Source: an uncultured Planctomycetales bacterium (GTDB taxonomy: Bacteria > Omnitrophota > Gorgyraeia > Gygaellales > Profunditerraquicolaceae). From it: DNA of 53,683 nucleotides. Below the pieces are notes generated by a model, which did not search any database, was not told the origin of the DNA, and saw only the letters and a program-made list of their open reading frames with translations. The stretch spans positions 14,483 to 68,165 of the forward strand of contig CAYIFW010000001.1 in NCBI GenBank assembly GCA_964362795.1, read 5' to 3'. Positions 1 through 8,051 of the stretch are shown here, in pieces. The position numbers and the translations under genes were made by a program. Each line of letters starts with the position of its first letter. Position 1 is the first letter of the stretch.

Positions 1-191
1 GTATTTGCGCTTCCAGCGGTAGTAAAACTATAATCTCTAGGGTAAAGAAGTTTTCTCCCTTTTAAACTGGAAAGCCAGGTTTCGCATTTACCCATACAAT
101 CTACACGGCAAAGAGTGCATAACCCGCTCTCACAGGGGTTTCCCCGGTTTACCGTACCTAAAGCATCATTTGTTTTCGGCCATTGGATCAT
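1..191 (-). CDS. Partial CDS (first 63 codons; continues past the window start). Cys-rich protein, possibly an FMN-dependent glutamate-synthase-related (GltB domain-2 type) enzyme.
   Basis: Not in the ORF track. ATG at 189-191 follows GGAGGAAG (197-204) with a 5-nt spacer. My translation is MIQWPKTNDALGTVNRGNPCESGLCTLCRVDCMGKCETWLSSLKGRKLLYPRDYSFTTAGSAN, containing a CX4CX2CX3CX3C cluster. The frame stays open to the window edge. Confidence 0.4.
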   Translation of the reverse strand, partial: MIQWPKTNDALGTVNRGNPCESGLCTLCRVDCMGKCETWLSSLKGRKLLYPRDYSFTTAGSAN

Positions 192-264
192 GGATACTTC
201 CTCCTCTTTGGTCTTAAATCTTAATCAGATTTTGCCTAATATTAAGGCAGTTGGACTTAAATAA

Positions 265-298
265 AAAGACGCCTATTTTAGATTTAATAGACGTCTTT
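265..298 (-). terminator. Candidate intrinsic terminator downstream of the NfnB-like gene
   Basis: Inverted repeat aaagacgccta (265-275) / tagacgtcttt (288-298): 11 bp with one mismatch. On the minus strand it is followed by the T-rich ttatttaag. It lies about 110 nt after the stop at 405. Confidence 0.4.
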
Positions 299-404
299 GT
301 CATTTGAATCTAGCTTAAAATTTCTTAAGGCTTTGCGGCACTGCAAAACCCAGGCGCGATATTTAAGCTATATAATAATACATAAACCTTCTTTGTCAAG
401 ATTT

Positions 405-1808
405 TTAGAGGATACTTATTGCGGCTTGCTTAGCCATGCCCATAGCCTCGATAACCGTTCCTTCTCCGCCGACAATGTCCCCTCCGGCAAAAACATTTTT
501 AATTGAGGTCTCCATAGTCGCTAGATTAATTACGATATCTTTATATTTATCTGTCTTAAGCTCAGGGGTAACACTGCTTAGAAGCTGATTTGCCGCCAGG
601 CCAACGGCGATAATCGCCAGATCACAAGGGATACTAAAATCACTGCCCTCTAAAACAACCGGTTTTCTTCTGCCGGATTCATCCGCAGCTTTAAGCTCAC
701 AGATCAAACAATTTAGTTCTTTAACGAAACCTCGGTCATCAGAATGAAATTCTTGAGGTTGAGTAAGAAATTTAAACTTAATCCCCTCTTCTTGGGCATG
801 TTTGATCTCCAACCGGCGCGCCGGCATCTCGGTTAATGTCCGGCGGTAGATAATGGTAACATCAGATTTTATACCATTCATCTTTTGCAGGCGCAAAGCA
901 CAGCGCGCTGCATCGATCACGGTATTACCTCCTCCGACTACCAAAACATGTTGGCCGATATTTACCGGCGTATGATATTCGGGAAATTTATAGGCCGACA
1001 TAAGGTTTACCCGGGTCAAAAATTCATTCGCCGAATAAACATTGCAAAGATTTTCTCCTTTTATCCCTAAGAATGACGGCACTCCGGCACCAAGCCCTAA
1101 AAAAATCTTAGCAAATCCCTGCTGAAATAATTCATTTAAAGTAACGGCCTTGCCGACAATCGTATTGTTAAGAAACTCCACCCCTAACTTGGCTAAATAA
1201 TTAATCTCATAATCCAGGACCTCCCGCGGAAGGCGAAAATTCGGAATACCGTATCTTAAAACCCCGCCGCAACTTTGCAACCCCTCGAAAATAATTACCT
1301 TGGCTCCTTTTCTGGCTAATTCACCGGCGCAGCATAATCCTGCCGGGCCACTTCCGACCACCGCAACTTTAATCTGGGATAATTTGCTATCTTCTTCTAA
1401 AGAAACCTGCAAACCATTGCGTATTCCGTAGTCCCCGACAAATCTTTCTAAAAAATGAATATTAATTGCCTCATCCGAGCAATAAACGAGCTTACTTTTA
1501 TTCAACACACAAGCTTTGCGGCACTGATATTCCGCCGGGCAAACCCGGCCGCAAATAGCCGGAAAATTATTTCTTTGACGCAAAGTATTATAAGCGCCGG
1601 AAAAATCTTTTTTAGTAATCTGAAAAATAAATTTTTTAATATCAATACTTACCGGGCATCCTAAGACGCAGGCAGGATTTTTACATTGCAGACAACGGCC
1701 GGCCTCAAACAAGGCCTCCTGCTCTGAATATCCGGATATGACCTCCTGAAAACCTGCTATCCTTTTATCCGTCTCTAGCTCTTTTATTTTCACCGGCTCT
1801 TTAGGCAT
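405..1808 (-). CDS. NADPH-dependent glutamate-synthase-small-subunit-like oxidoreductase (NfnB / SudA / homotetrameric GltA family)
   Basis: 467 aa. N-terminal Fe-S motifs CLQCKNPACVLGCP and CGRVCPAEYQC, two dinucleotide folds (VVGSGPAGLCCA, VVGGGNTVIDAA), and C-terminal FAGGD. ATG at 1806-1808. Confidence 0.85.
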   Translation of the reverse strand: MPKEPVKIKELETDKRIAGFQEVISGYSEQEALFEAGRCLQCKNPACVLGCPVSIDIKKFIFQITKKDFSGAYNTLRQRNNFPAICGRVCPAEYQCRKACVLNKSKLVYCSDEAINIHFLERFVGDYGIRNGLQVSLEEDSKLSQIKVAVVGSGPAGLCCAGELARKGAKVIIFEGLQSCGGVLRYGIPNFRLPREVLDYEINYLAKLGVEFLNNTIVGKAVTLNELFQQGFAKIFLGLGAGVPSFLGIKGENLCNVYSANEFLTRVNLMSAYKFPEYHTPVNIGQHVLVVGGGNTVIDAARCALRLQKMNGIKSDVTIIYRRTLTEMPARRLEIKHAQEEGIKFKFLTQPQEFHSDDRGFVKELNCLICELKAADESGRRKPVVLEGSDFSIPCDLAIIAVGLAANQLLSSVTPELKTDKYKDIVINLATMETSIKNVFAGGDIVGGEGTVIEAMGMAKQAAISIL

Positions 1809-1812
1809 CGTC

Positions 1813-2658
1813 TTAAAATTTTATTTTACAGATATGCTTCTCTTTATCCGCATACATAGAATTCCTTTTTTCCAGTTCAACCCAATCGACTTGATCAGCC
1901 ATAAATTCCGGTCCGTCAACACAACTGAATTTTACCTTTCCACCCACAGTAACCCGGCAACAACCGCACATTCCCGTACCGTCAACCATCAAAGCATTCA
2001 ACGAAACAATCGTCTTAAGCTTAAAAGGAAGGCAGATTTGCGATACTTTCTTCATCATCGGAAGCGGCCCAACCGCATAAACTAGATCATATTTATCTTT
2101 TTTAAGAAGCTCATCCAGAATATCCGTGGTAAAACCTTTTTGCCCGCCTGAGCCGTCATCAGTAGCGATATAAAGCTTATCGGCTACATCTTTAAGCTCA
2201 TGTTCCAAGATCAATAATTCCTTGGTCTTAGATCCGATAATTATAGTAACATCATTACCTGCCTGTCCGGCAGGCAGGCCTGCCTGTTTTAAACTCTTGG
2301 CCACAGGATAAATTTCAGCAATTCCTACTCCTCCGCCGATTAGAATAACCCTGCCATAATCTTTTATCTCTGTAGCATGCCCCAAGGGGCCGACTAACGC
2401 ATATAAATTATCGCCAATGTTAAGATTACCTAAAATTCTCGTAGTTAACCCCACCTCTTGAAAAATAAGGGTTATCGTTTGCGCCTTTGGATCTGCCTCA
2501 ACAATAGTCAACGGAATCCTCTCGCCTATCTTACTAGCCATAACTACAACAAATTGGCCGGCCAAAGCCTTTTGACTGATTTGCGCCGAGCTTAGCAGTA
2601 ATTTTATAATCCTTACGCCGGCAAAATTAGAAATGATTTCTTTAGCGATAATTTTCAT
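1813..2658 (-). CDS. Ferredoxin-NADP reductase-like FAD/NAD(P)-binding 2Fe-2S subunit (NfnA / SudB / PyrK family)
   Basis: C-terminal 2Fe-2S motif DGTGMCGCCRV...FSCVDGPEF and GGGVG nucleotide fold. I chose the ATG at 2656-2658 (MKIIAKEI...) because the longer ORF to 2727 would overlap the HydG gene, whose stop is at 2660-2662. Confidence 0.8.
   Translation of the reverse strand: MKIIAKEIISNFAGVRIIKLLLSSAQISQKALAGQFVVVMASKIGERIPLTIVEADPKAQTITLIFQEVGLTTRILGNLNIGDNLYALVGPLGHATEIKDYGRVILIGGGVGIAEIYPVAKSLKQAGLPAGQAGNDVTIIIGSKTKELLILEHELKDVADKLYIATDDGSGGQKGFTTDILDELLKKDKYDLVYAVGPLPMMKKVSQICLPFKLKTIVSLNALMVDGTGMCGCCRVTVGGKVKFSCVDGPEFMADQVDWVELEKRNSMYADKEKHICKIKF
2258..2286. repeat. Small GC-rich palindrome inside the NfnA-like CDS
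   Basis: cctgcctg-tccgg-caggcagg-cctgcctg. It encodes the duplicated-looking peptide QAG-LPAGQAG in frame. Confidence 0.6.
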
Positions 2659-2659
2659 A

Positions 2660-4060
2660 TTAAACAAATTCGTCTCTAGAGCCATTCTCCACATGTTCGA
2701 AGATTTCTTGCAAAACTTCTCTATCATTCAGATTTAACTTACGGCTTAAATTATCGATAAGCTCCTGGCCGGATCTTTTTGTTCCCAGCGAAGCAAAATC
2801 ATCCAGATATTCCTGCAAGGTAATTAAAGCGTTTAAACTGCATTTTCCTTTTATTAATCCGGGTTTAGCTAATTTCATAAAAGCCTCCCCTGTCCTTTCT
2901 TTACGGTAACAGGCAGCGCAGAAACTGGGAACAAAACCTTTTTCAATCAACGCTGCAACAATTTCATCTAAGCTTCTCTGGTCGCCAAGAGAAAACTGCG
3001 CGGAATTATCCTGGTTATTGCCGCTAGAAGAATACCCCCCGGGTGAAGTACGGGATTCCGCGCTTATCTGCGAAACTCCATAAGCTAAAAGTTCATCGCG
3101 TAAAGAAGCGCTCTCCCGGGTAGACATAATTATCCCGGTATAAGGCACCGATAACCTTAATACGGCAACTAACTTCTTAAAATCCGCATCACTTAACTGA
3201 TGCGGAACTTTTTGTGAAAACTCCGCGCCAATTGCCGGTTCAATCCGGGGTACCGAAATAGTATGTGGCCCTACCTTAAATTTATTCTCTAAATATTCAA
3301 TATGGGAAAGCATGGCCAGGGTCTCAAATTTATAATCATAAAGTCCGTAAAGAACACCAATACCAAGGTCATCTATTCCGGCAACAAAAGCCCGGTCAAT
3401 GGCATCCATTCGATTATCCGGATCGCTCTTCGGGCCACTAGGATGCACCTGAGCATAAGTTCTCTCATGATACGTTTCCTGGAAAAGCTGATAAGTCCCG
3501 ATTCCGGCGGCTTTAAGCCTCTTAAATTCTACGCTGCTTAAAGGCGCGCAATTAACATTAACCCGCTTAATTTTATTACCCTTAAAATCCGCGGCATAAA
3601 TTGCATTAATACTTTCCAAATAATAATCAATACTACTTTTCCCCTCCGGGGCGCCTTCGGAAGAAACCATAAGTATGCGCTTATGTCCGCGCTCTAGAAG
3701 CCACTGGGTTTGCTGCTTAATTTCCTCGGTAGTTAAGGCCTTGCGCTTGAGTAATTTATTATCCGACTTAAAAGCGCAATAAGCGCAGTTGTTAGAACAA
3801 AAATTATTTATATAAAGCGGGGCAAATAAAACTACGCGCCGGCCGTAAATCTGTTCTTTAACGAAACTAGCCGCGGAGAATATCTTATCCAGATTATCAG
3901 TGTCTCCAGCATTAAGCAGAATTGCTGACTCCTCCAGTGTAAGCCTGGCTAAAGATTTACTTTTATTAATAATTTTGTCAATTTGGCAACTAGCAACGTT
4001 TAAAGAATCCGCCAATAAATTATTAATTTTTTCTGGATTAACTTGCTGCATCTTAGCCAA
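2660..4060 (-). CDS. hydG: Radical SAM tyrosine lyase HydG ([FeFe]-hydrogenase H-cluster maturase type)
   Basis: 466 aa. Radical SAM motif CSNNCAYC, plus the HydG-specific C-terminal CX2CX22C motif (CAACYRKERTGEAFMKLAKPGLIKGKC) that ThiH lacks. The track start at 4060 is a TTG; the first ATG is at 4049-4051. Confidence 0.85.
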   Translation of the reverse strand: MAKMQQVNPEKINNLLADSLNVASCQIDKIINKSKSLARLTLEESAILLNAGDTDNLDKIFSAASFVKEQIYGRRVVLFAPLYINNFCSNNCAYCAFKSDNKLLKRKALTTEEIKQQTQWLLERGHKRILMVSSEGAPEGKSSIDYYLESINAIYAADFKGNKIKRVNVNCAPLSSVEFKRLKAAGIGTYQLFQETYHERTYAQVHPSGPKSDPDNRMDAIDRAFVAGIDDLGIGVLYGLYDYKFETLAMLSHIEYLENKFKVGPHTISVPRIEPAIGAEFSQKVPHQLSDADFKKLVAVLRLSVPYTGIIMSTRESASLRDELLAYGVSQISAESRTSPGGYSSSGNNQDNSAQFSLGDQRSLDEIVAALIEKGFVPSFCAACYRKERTGEAFMKLAKPGLIKGKCSLNALITLQEYLDDFASLGTKRSGQELIDNLSRKLNLNDREVLQEIFEHVENGSRDEFV

Positions 4061-4061
4061 C

Positions 4062-4703
4062 TTATCTGCCTTTGGTCTTAATTAATACATTAACAAAATA
4101 AATCAGGTTCTCTAGCTCTACCTCAAGATTTACATTATTGATTACACAGTCATCATTGCCGCGCAGCTGTAGCGGCGCAAAATTTAATATACCTTTTATT
4201 CCTGCTGAAAGCATAACCTCGGCTACCTGCTGAGCCGCTGTGGCCGGCACGGTAATAATTCCCATTTTAATATTATTTTTACGCACAAACTCCGGTAACG
4301 CGCCTAAGGGCAAGATCAGCCCTTTTTCTTTAAGTTTTAATTTTGACGTATCAATATCAAACCCGGCGACAATCTTGATCCCTTCTTTTTCAAAACCCGT
4401 ATACTGCATCAACGCACTCCCCAGCTTGCCTAAACCGACGATTACCACCTTTTGCAGCTCATCTTTACCTAAAATAGTATTGATCTTTTCAATTAACTCA
4501 TCAATCTTATAACCGCCTCTTTTATTTCCGGATATATCAAATATGGAAAAATCTTTGCGCACCTGGGATGAAGTCACTTCTACCGCGTCAGCTAAGTTAT
4601 CCGAAAAAATACGCACAAACCCCAGCGATTTTAAGTGATAAAGCGCAGCTTTATATTTGGAAAGCCGCATAATGCAAAGTTTATTTGTTTTCATATTGCT
4701 CAT
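4062..4703 (-). CDS. rex: Redox-sensing transcriptional repressor Rex
   Basis: 213 aa. N-terminal winged-helix region (RLSKYKAALYHLK...SSQVRKDFS) followed by a Rossmann fold VVIVGLGKLGSAL. The start overlaps the upstream stop as TAATG at 4701-4705. Confidence 0.9.
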   Translation of the reverse strand: MSNMKTNKLCIMRLSKYKAALYHLKSLGFVRIFSDNLADAVEVTSSQVRKDFSIFDISGNKRGGYKIDELIEKINTILGKDELQKVVIVGLGKLGSALMQYTGFEKEGIKIVAGFDIDTSKLKLKEKGLILPLGALPEFVRKNNIKMGIITVPATAAQQVAEVMLSAGIKGILNFAPLQLRGNDDCVINNVNLEVELENLIYFVNVLIKTKGR

Positions 4704-6001
4704 TATATGCTCAAATCCGTAGGTGAACGCCCTAAAGACATTAAAAGCCCGATAGTATCATTAATTTGATCTTGAATGCTCTCACTTTCATGAGCGCGCC
4801 AAGGATAAAGATTATAAAATGGCCGGTATTTAAGCGGAGTTACATTAAGCATTACCGAATTTGCTCCGCTAATCAACGCCTCGTGCCTAGCCTCAGGATC
4901 AAGCGTTTCTAAGGCGGTAGTCACCAGTATCTTAGCCTGAACAACATCAATTATACGCGCCAGGGCGATTACCTTCAGCACAGTTTCAGCTAAGGCGGAT
5001 GGATGATTAGCCAGTGGTGTTTGCGGATGGCTGATAAACGGCCCAAAACTATACATTTCAGCATGCAATTCTTTAGCTAAAAGAATATCGTTTAAAAGAT
5101 CCTCTTGGCTTTGACCCGGCAGGCCGATCAGCCCGCCGGTAATAATCAGATAGCCCAATTCATATGCTTTTTTTAAGTGAGCAATCCGGCTAGCGAGCTC
5201 TTTTCCCGGGTTAACCTGTTGATAAAGCTCCGGGTTAGATGTTTCAAACCGCAAAAGTAATCCCCGGGCACCAGCGTCATAAAGAATTTTAAGATTATCT
5301 AACCCCACTTCGCCAAAACTGATAAAAATTAGCGCCGGCCAATTTGTTTTGATCTGACGGATAATTTGGGCCCGCTCCTCTATACTATAGCCGCAATCCT
5401 GGCCGGATTGTAAAACCAAAGTTTTAAAACCATGTTCCTGGATTGCAACTTTGGCCGCCTCCAGAATTTCTTCTTGGCTCATCCGGTAACGGGTAATATT
5501 TTTATTTTCTCCGGAGATGCCGCAAAAGGAACAAGCAGAATGGCAATAATTCGAAATCTCGATTATTCCGTGCACGCAGCAGGAATTTTTATGATGCTTC
5601 TGGCGTAAGAAATTGGCAGTCTTAAAAAGAAGCTTTAAAGCCGTTTTATCTTTCTCATTAATTAAAACTAAAAGTTCCTGACGGGTGAGCTCCCGGCCCT
5701 CTACAGCCTTATCCAGTATTTTTAAAAATTCTTGGGAAACAGATCCTGGATTAAGATCAAGGCGGGAAAGCTGAAGATCAACCTCCTGAAGCTCAAAAAA
5801 AGTTTCCTTCCAGACAGCCAGAATGCTTTTAGCCTCATCCAGCGGAATCTTTTGAATAGCAAAACCGCCCTGAGCATAGATATAGTCGCCTACGGACAAC
5901 CCCTCCAACTCATTATGGGCTTTTCTCTTTTCCCCAAAATAGTCCACCACCACGGTTTTCTCTTGAATACTTTCTATTTTTCCGGGAATGGCATAGCACA
6001 T
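4703..6001 (-). CDS. Fusion protein: N-terminal HypC/HupF-family domain plus a HydE/BioB-like radical SAM domain
   Basis: 432 aa. Residues 1 to about 70 (MCYAIPGKIESIQEKTVVVDYFGEKRKAHNELEGLSVGDYIYAQGGFAIQKIPLDEAKSIL) follow the HypC pattern, including the invariant Cys2. A CX3CX2C motif (CHSACSFCG) and a TIM-barrel-like body follow. Confidence 0.75.
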   Translation of the reverse strand: MCYAIPGKIESIQEKTVVVDYFGEKRKAHNELEGLSVGDYIYAQGGFAIQKIPLDEAKSILAVWKETFFELQEVDLQLSRLDLNPGSVSQEFLKILDKAVEGRELTRQELLVLINEKDKTALKLLFKTANFLRQKHHKNSCCVHGIIEISNYCHSACSFCGISGENKNITRYRMSQEEILEAAKVAIQEHGFKTLVLQSGQDCGYSIEERAQIIRQIKTNWPALIFISFGEVGLDNLKILYDAGARGLLLRFETSNPELYQQVNPGKELASRIAHLKKAYELGYLIITGGLIGLPGQSQEDLLNDILLAKELHAEMYSFGPFISHPQTPLANHPSALAETVLKVIALARIIDVVQAKILVTTALETLDPEARHEALISGANSVMLNVTPLKYRPFYNLYPWRAHESESIQDQINDTIGLLMSLGRSPTDLSI

Positions 6002-6015
6002 ATTAATAAATAAGT

Positions 6016-6261
6016 TTAGTCACAATCAAAAGAGACCAGGCGTAAAACACGCTGCTGCGGGATATTTTTTACACAAAATTGGGCATTCTCTAACGCTGTA
6101 TTCTTGGCTTTTTCTTTAAAGAAAAACTTCAAAGACTCCGCGTTAATTTCCGTAAATTCGCCTAATTCCAAAAATACCCGCGTTACCTTCTGGGCATTTT
6201 GTTGGCCGAGGTGCTTGATAATATCTTTAAACAAATCCTCAAGAAAATGCAGCTCATGCAT
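6016..6261 (-). CDS. Short HypA-like nickel metallochaperone lacking the zinc-finger domain
   Basis: 81 aa. It starts with MHE (the HypA Ni-binding N-terminus) and aligns by eye with the HypA core (KVTRVFLELGEFTEINAESLKFFF). No CxxC...CxxC zinc motif is present. The start overlaps the protease stop as ATGCATGA. Confidence 0.6.
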   Translation of the reverse strand: MHELHFLEDLFKDIIKHLGQQNAQKVTRVFLELGEFTEINAESLKFFFKEKAKNTALENAQFCVKNIPQQRVLRLVSFDCD

Positions 6262-6742
6262 CTTTAAACTCCGCGTTAATATGTTTAATCAATACGTCGG
6301 CGGCAGACTTGACTTCACCGCTCAACCCTTCCTGTTGGGCCACGCTTTGCGGTTGAATACCGATAAAATAAATCTGGGCCTGAGTGTCTTTCTGTAAAAT
6401 ATGGCTGACCACCGGTAACGGGATACTATGCGTACTCAAAGAAGCTTCCGGAATATGCTCAGAATCAATCAAGCGTAATTCTCCGGGGAAGCCGCCAAAA
6501 TCCGCAGCATCAATAAAAATAATCCTTTGAGGCAATAGCTTTACTGCCTGATCAATAATATTCTCCGGCCTTGATCCTGCGTCAATCACCGATAATTTAG
6601 AACTTTGCTTTAACCTTAAGGCTATATACGGGCCGACACCGTCATCGGCGCGAGAATAATTACCTACCGCAATAATCAGTATGCGCAAGTATTCTTGGGA
6701 AGTTAAAAGATTTGTAAAATTAGCGTCCAACAAATTTGACAT
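6254..6742 (-). CDS. [NiFe] hydrogenase maturation endopeptidase (HycI/HoxW/FrhD family)
   Basis: Motif ILIIAVGNYSRADDGVGPYIA, with a later H in the SLSTHSIPL region. The start is uncertain: ATG at 6742, ATG at 6778, or an internal TTG. It overlaps the large-subunit stop at 6720. Confidence 0.8.
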   Translation of the reverse strand: MSNLLDANFTNLLTSQEYLRILIIAVGNYSRADDGVGPYIALRLKQSSKLSVIDAGSRPENIIDQAVKLLPQRIIFIDAADFGGFPGELRLIDSEHIPEASLSTHSIPLPVVSHILQKDTQAQIYFIGIQPQSVAQQEGLSGEVKSAADVLIKHINAEFKDA

Positions 6743-8051
6743 TAAGGAAATGCGCGGAGCAGGAAATACACGGATCATAAGCGCGCACCAGCATCTCCAT
6801 CAAAAGAGTGATTTCTTCTTGGCTCTTATCCAGAATCTGGGGAACTAATGCGGCCATATCCAGTTCAATATTGCTTAAATTTTGCCCGGTAGGAATAATA
6901 CAATTAGCATTAATGATTTTACCTCGATCATCAATTTCATAGTTATGAAATAAAATTCCGCGGGGAACTTCCACCGCGCCAACGCCATTACCGGCGCGAA
7001 GAGCAATTGTGCCCTTTTCGTTAAGGCCAACGACGATCTCCTGGGAATAATCAACGCCTTTATCTTTAAGGTCTTCTAAAATCTCAATCGACTCTTCAAG
7101 GGAATGCACGCACTCAATCAACTGCGCCACGGTATTTAAATAAGGATTAGTCACAACCGGCTTCATCCCCAACGCCTGAGCTGCTTCTTTAGCTTTGGGA
7201 TGGAGCTTGTCATGATTAAGATTAAACCGCGCCAGCGCCCCAACCATATAAGACTGACGGCTAGCTTTAGTGTGCTTGGCACTGGAATGGCTAACCACAA
7301 ATTCATTAGTTAACTTAAGGTAATCTTTTTTATCCAGGCGCAATCCATCAGTTGAGCCTAAATCTCCGGAGAGCATCGGATATTCGCTCTGATCACTAAC
7401 TAAGCCTACATACTCGGTTGGACGGCTAAATTGCGGAAATTTAAAAGTTTTAGCTAACTCTAAAGTCTCCTGCATATCCCGACGCATATTGATCAAAATA
7501 TCCAGCATACGGTCTAGGTCTTTTTGGCGCGGCAGCTTAGTAAATCCTCCGACGATACAAGATATCGGATGCACGTGACGGCCGACCAGGATATCGCAAA
7601 CATCATTACATTCCTTTTTCATCCGCAAAGCCCGCCGCACAACCGTATTATGCGACTGAATCAAAGGAACAAAACTCTTGACCCCCAAAAGATCCGGAGC
7701 AATCAATAAATAGATATGTAAAATATGGCTATCTAGATTCTCCAGATGCAAAAGAAATTTACGCAACTTAATGGTTTGCTCGGAAGGAATAAAACCTAAA
7801 GCATCCTCGGCGGCTTGTATTGAAGCCAGGGTATGTCCGCAGGCGCATATACCGCAGATGCGGGAAGTAATATGCTGCGCCTCAAAGATGGAGCGGCCGC
7901 GTAACATCCCTTCGAAGAACCGCGGGCTCTCAACGATATCCAGGCGGCACTCCTGGAGCTTCCCGTCTTTAACATTGACCACAATATTACCGTGACCCTC
8001 TACGCGGGTCAAATATTCGACATTAACCTTTATGTTTTTGCTCATCGACAT
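6720..8051 (-). CDS. [NiFe] hydrogenase large (alpha) subunit, cytoplasmic group 3b type
   Basis: 443 aa. N-terminal RICGICACGH and C-terminal DPCISCSAH, followed by a 9-residue tail (FLNVKFVGR) that fits endopeptidase processing. TRVEGHG lies near the N-terminus. Confidence 0.9.
   Translation of the reverse strand: MSMSKNIKVNVEYLTRVEGHGNIVVNVKDGKLQECRLDIVESPRFFEGMLRGRSIFEAQHITSRICGICACGHTLASIQAAEDALGFIPSEQTIKLRKFLLHLENLDSHILHIYLLIAPDLLGVKSFVPLIQSHNTVVRRALRMKKECNDVCDILVGRHVHPISCIVGGFTKLPRQKDLDRMLDILINMRRDMQETLELAKTFKFPQFSRPTEYVGLVSDQSEYPMLSGDLGSTDGLRLDKKDYLKLTNEFVVSHSSAKHTKASRQSYMVGALARFNLNHDKLHPKAKEAAQALGMKPVVTNPYLNTVAQLIECVHSLEESIEILEDLKDKGVDYSQEIVVGLNEKGTIALRAGNGVGAVEVPRGILFHNYEIDDRGKIINANCIIPTGQNLSNIELDMAALVPQILDKSQEEITLLMEMLVRAYDPCISCSAHFLNVKFVGR

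Noticed and set aside
297-506. 69-aa plus-strand ORF spanning the 192-404 intergenic region
   Set aside because: It runs into the 3' end of the NfnB-like gene on the opposite strand and crosses the predicted terminator hairpin. It has no RBS and no motifs.
6743-6778. The longest form of the endopeptidase ORF (start at 6778)
   Set aside because: It would add about 30 non-conserved residues before the ILIIAVGN core and overlap the large-subunit gene by 59 nt. A later start is more plausible, though I could not identify a good RBS for any candidate.
7771-7995. ORFs 7771-7995 (+) and 7796-7984 (-) within the hydrogenase large-subunit gene
   Set aside because: They sit over the conserved RICGICACGH-coding region of a confident CDS and have no independent support.
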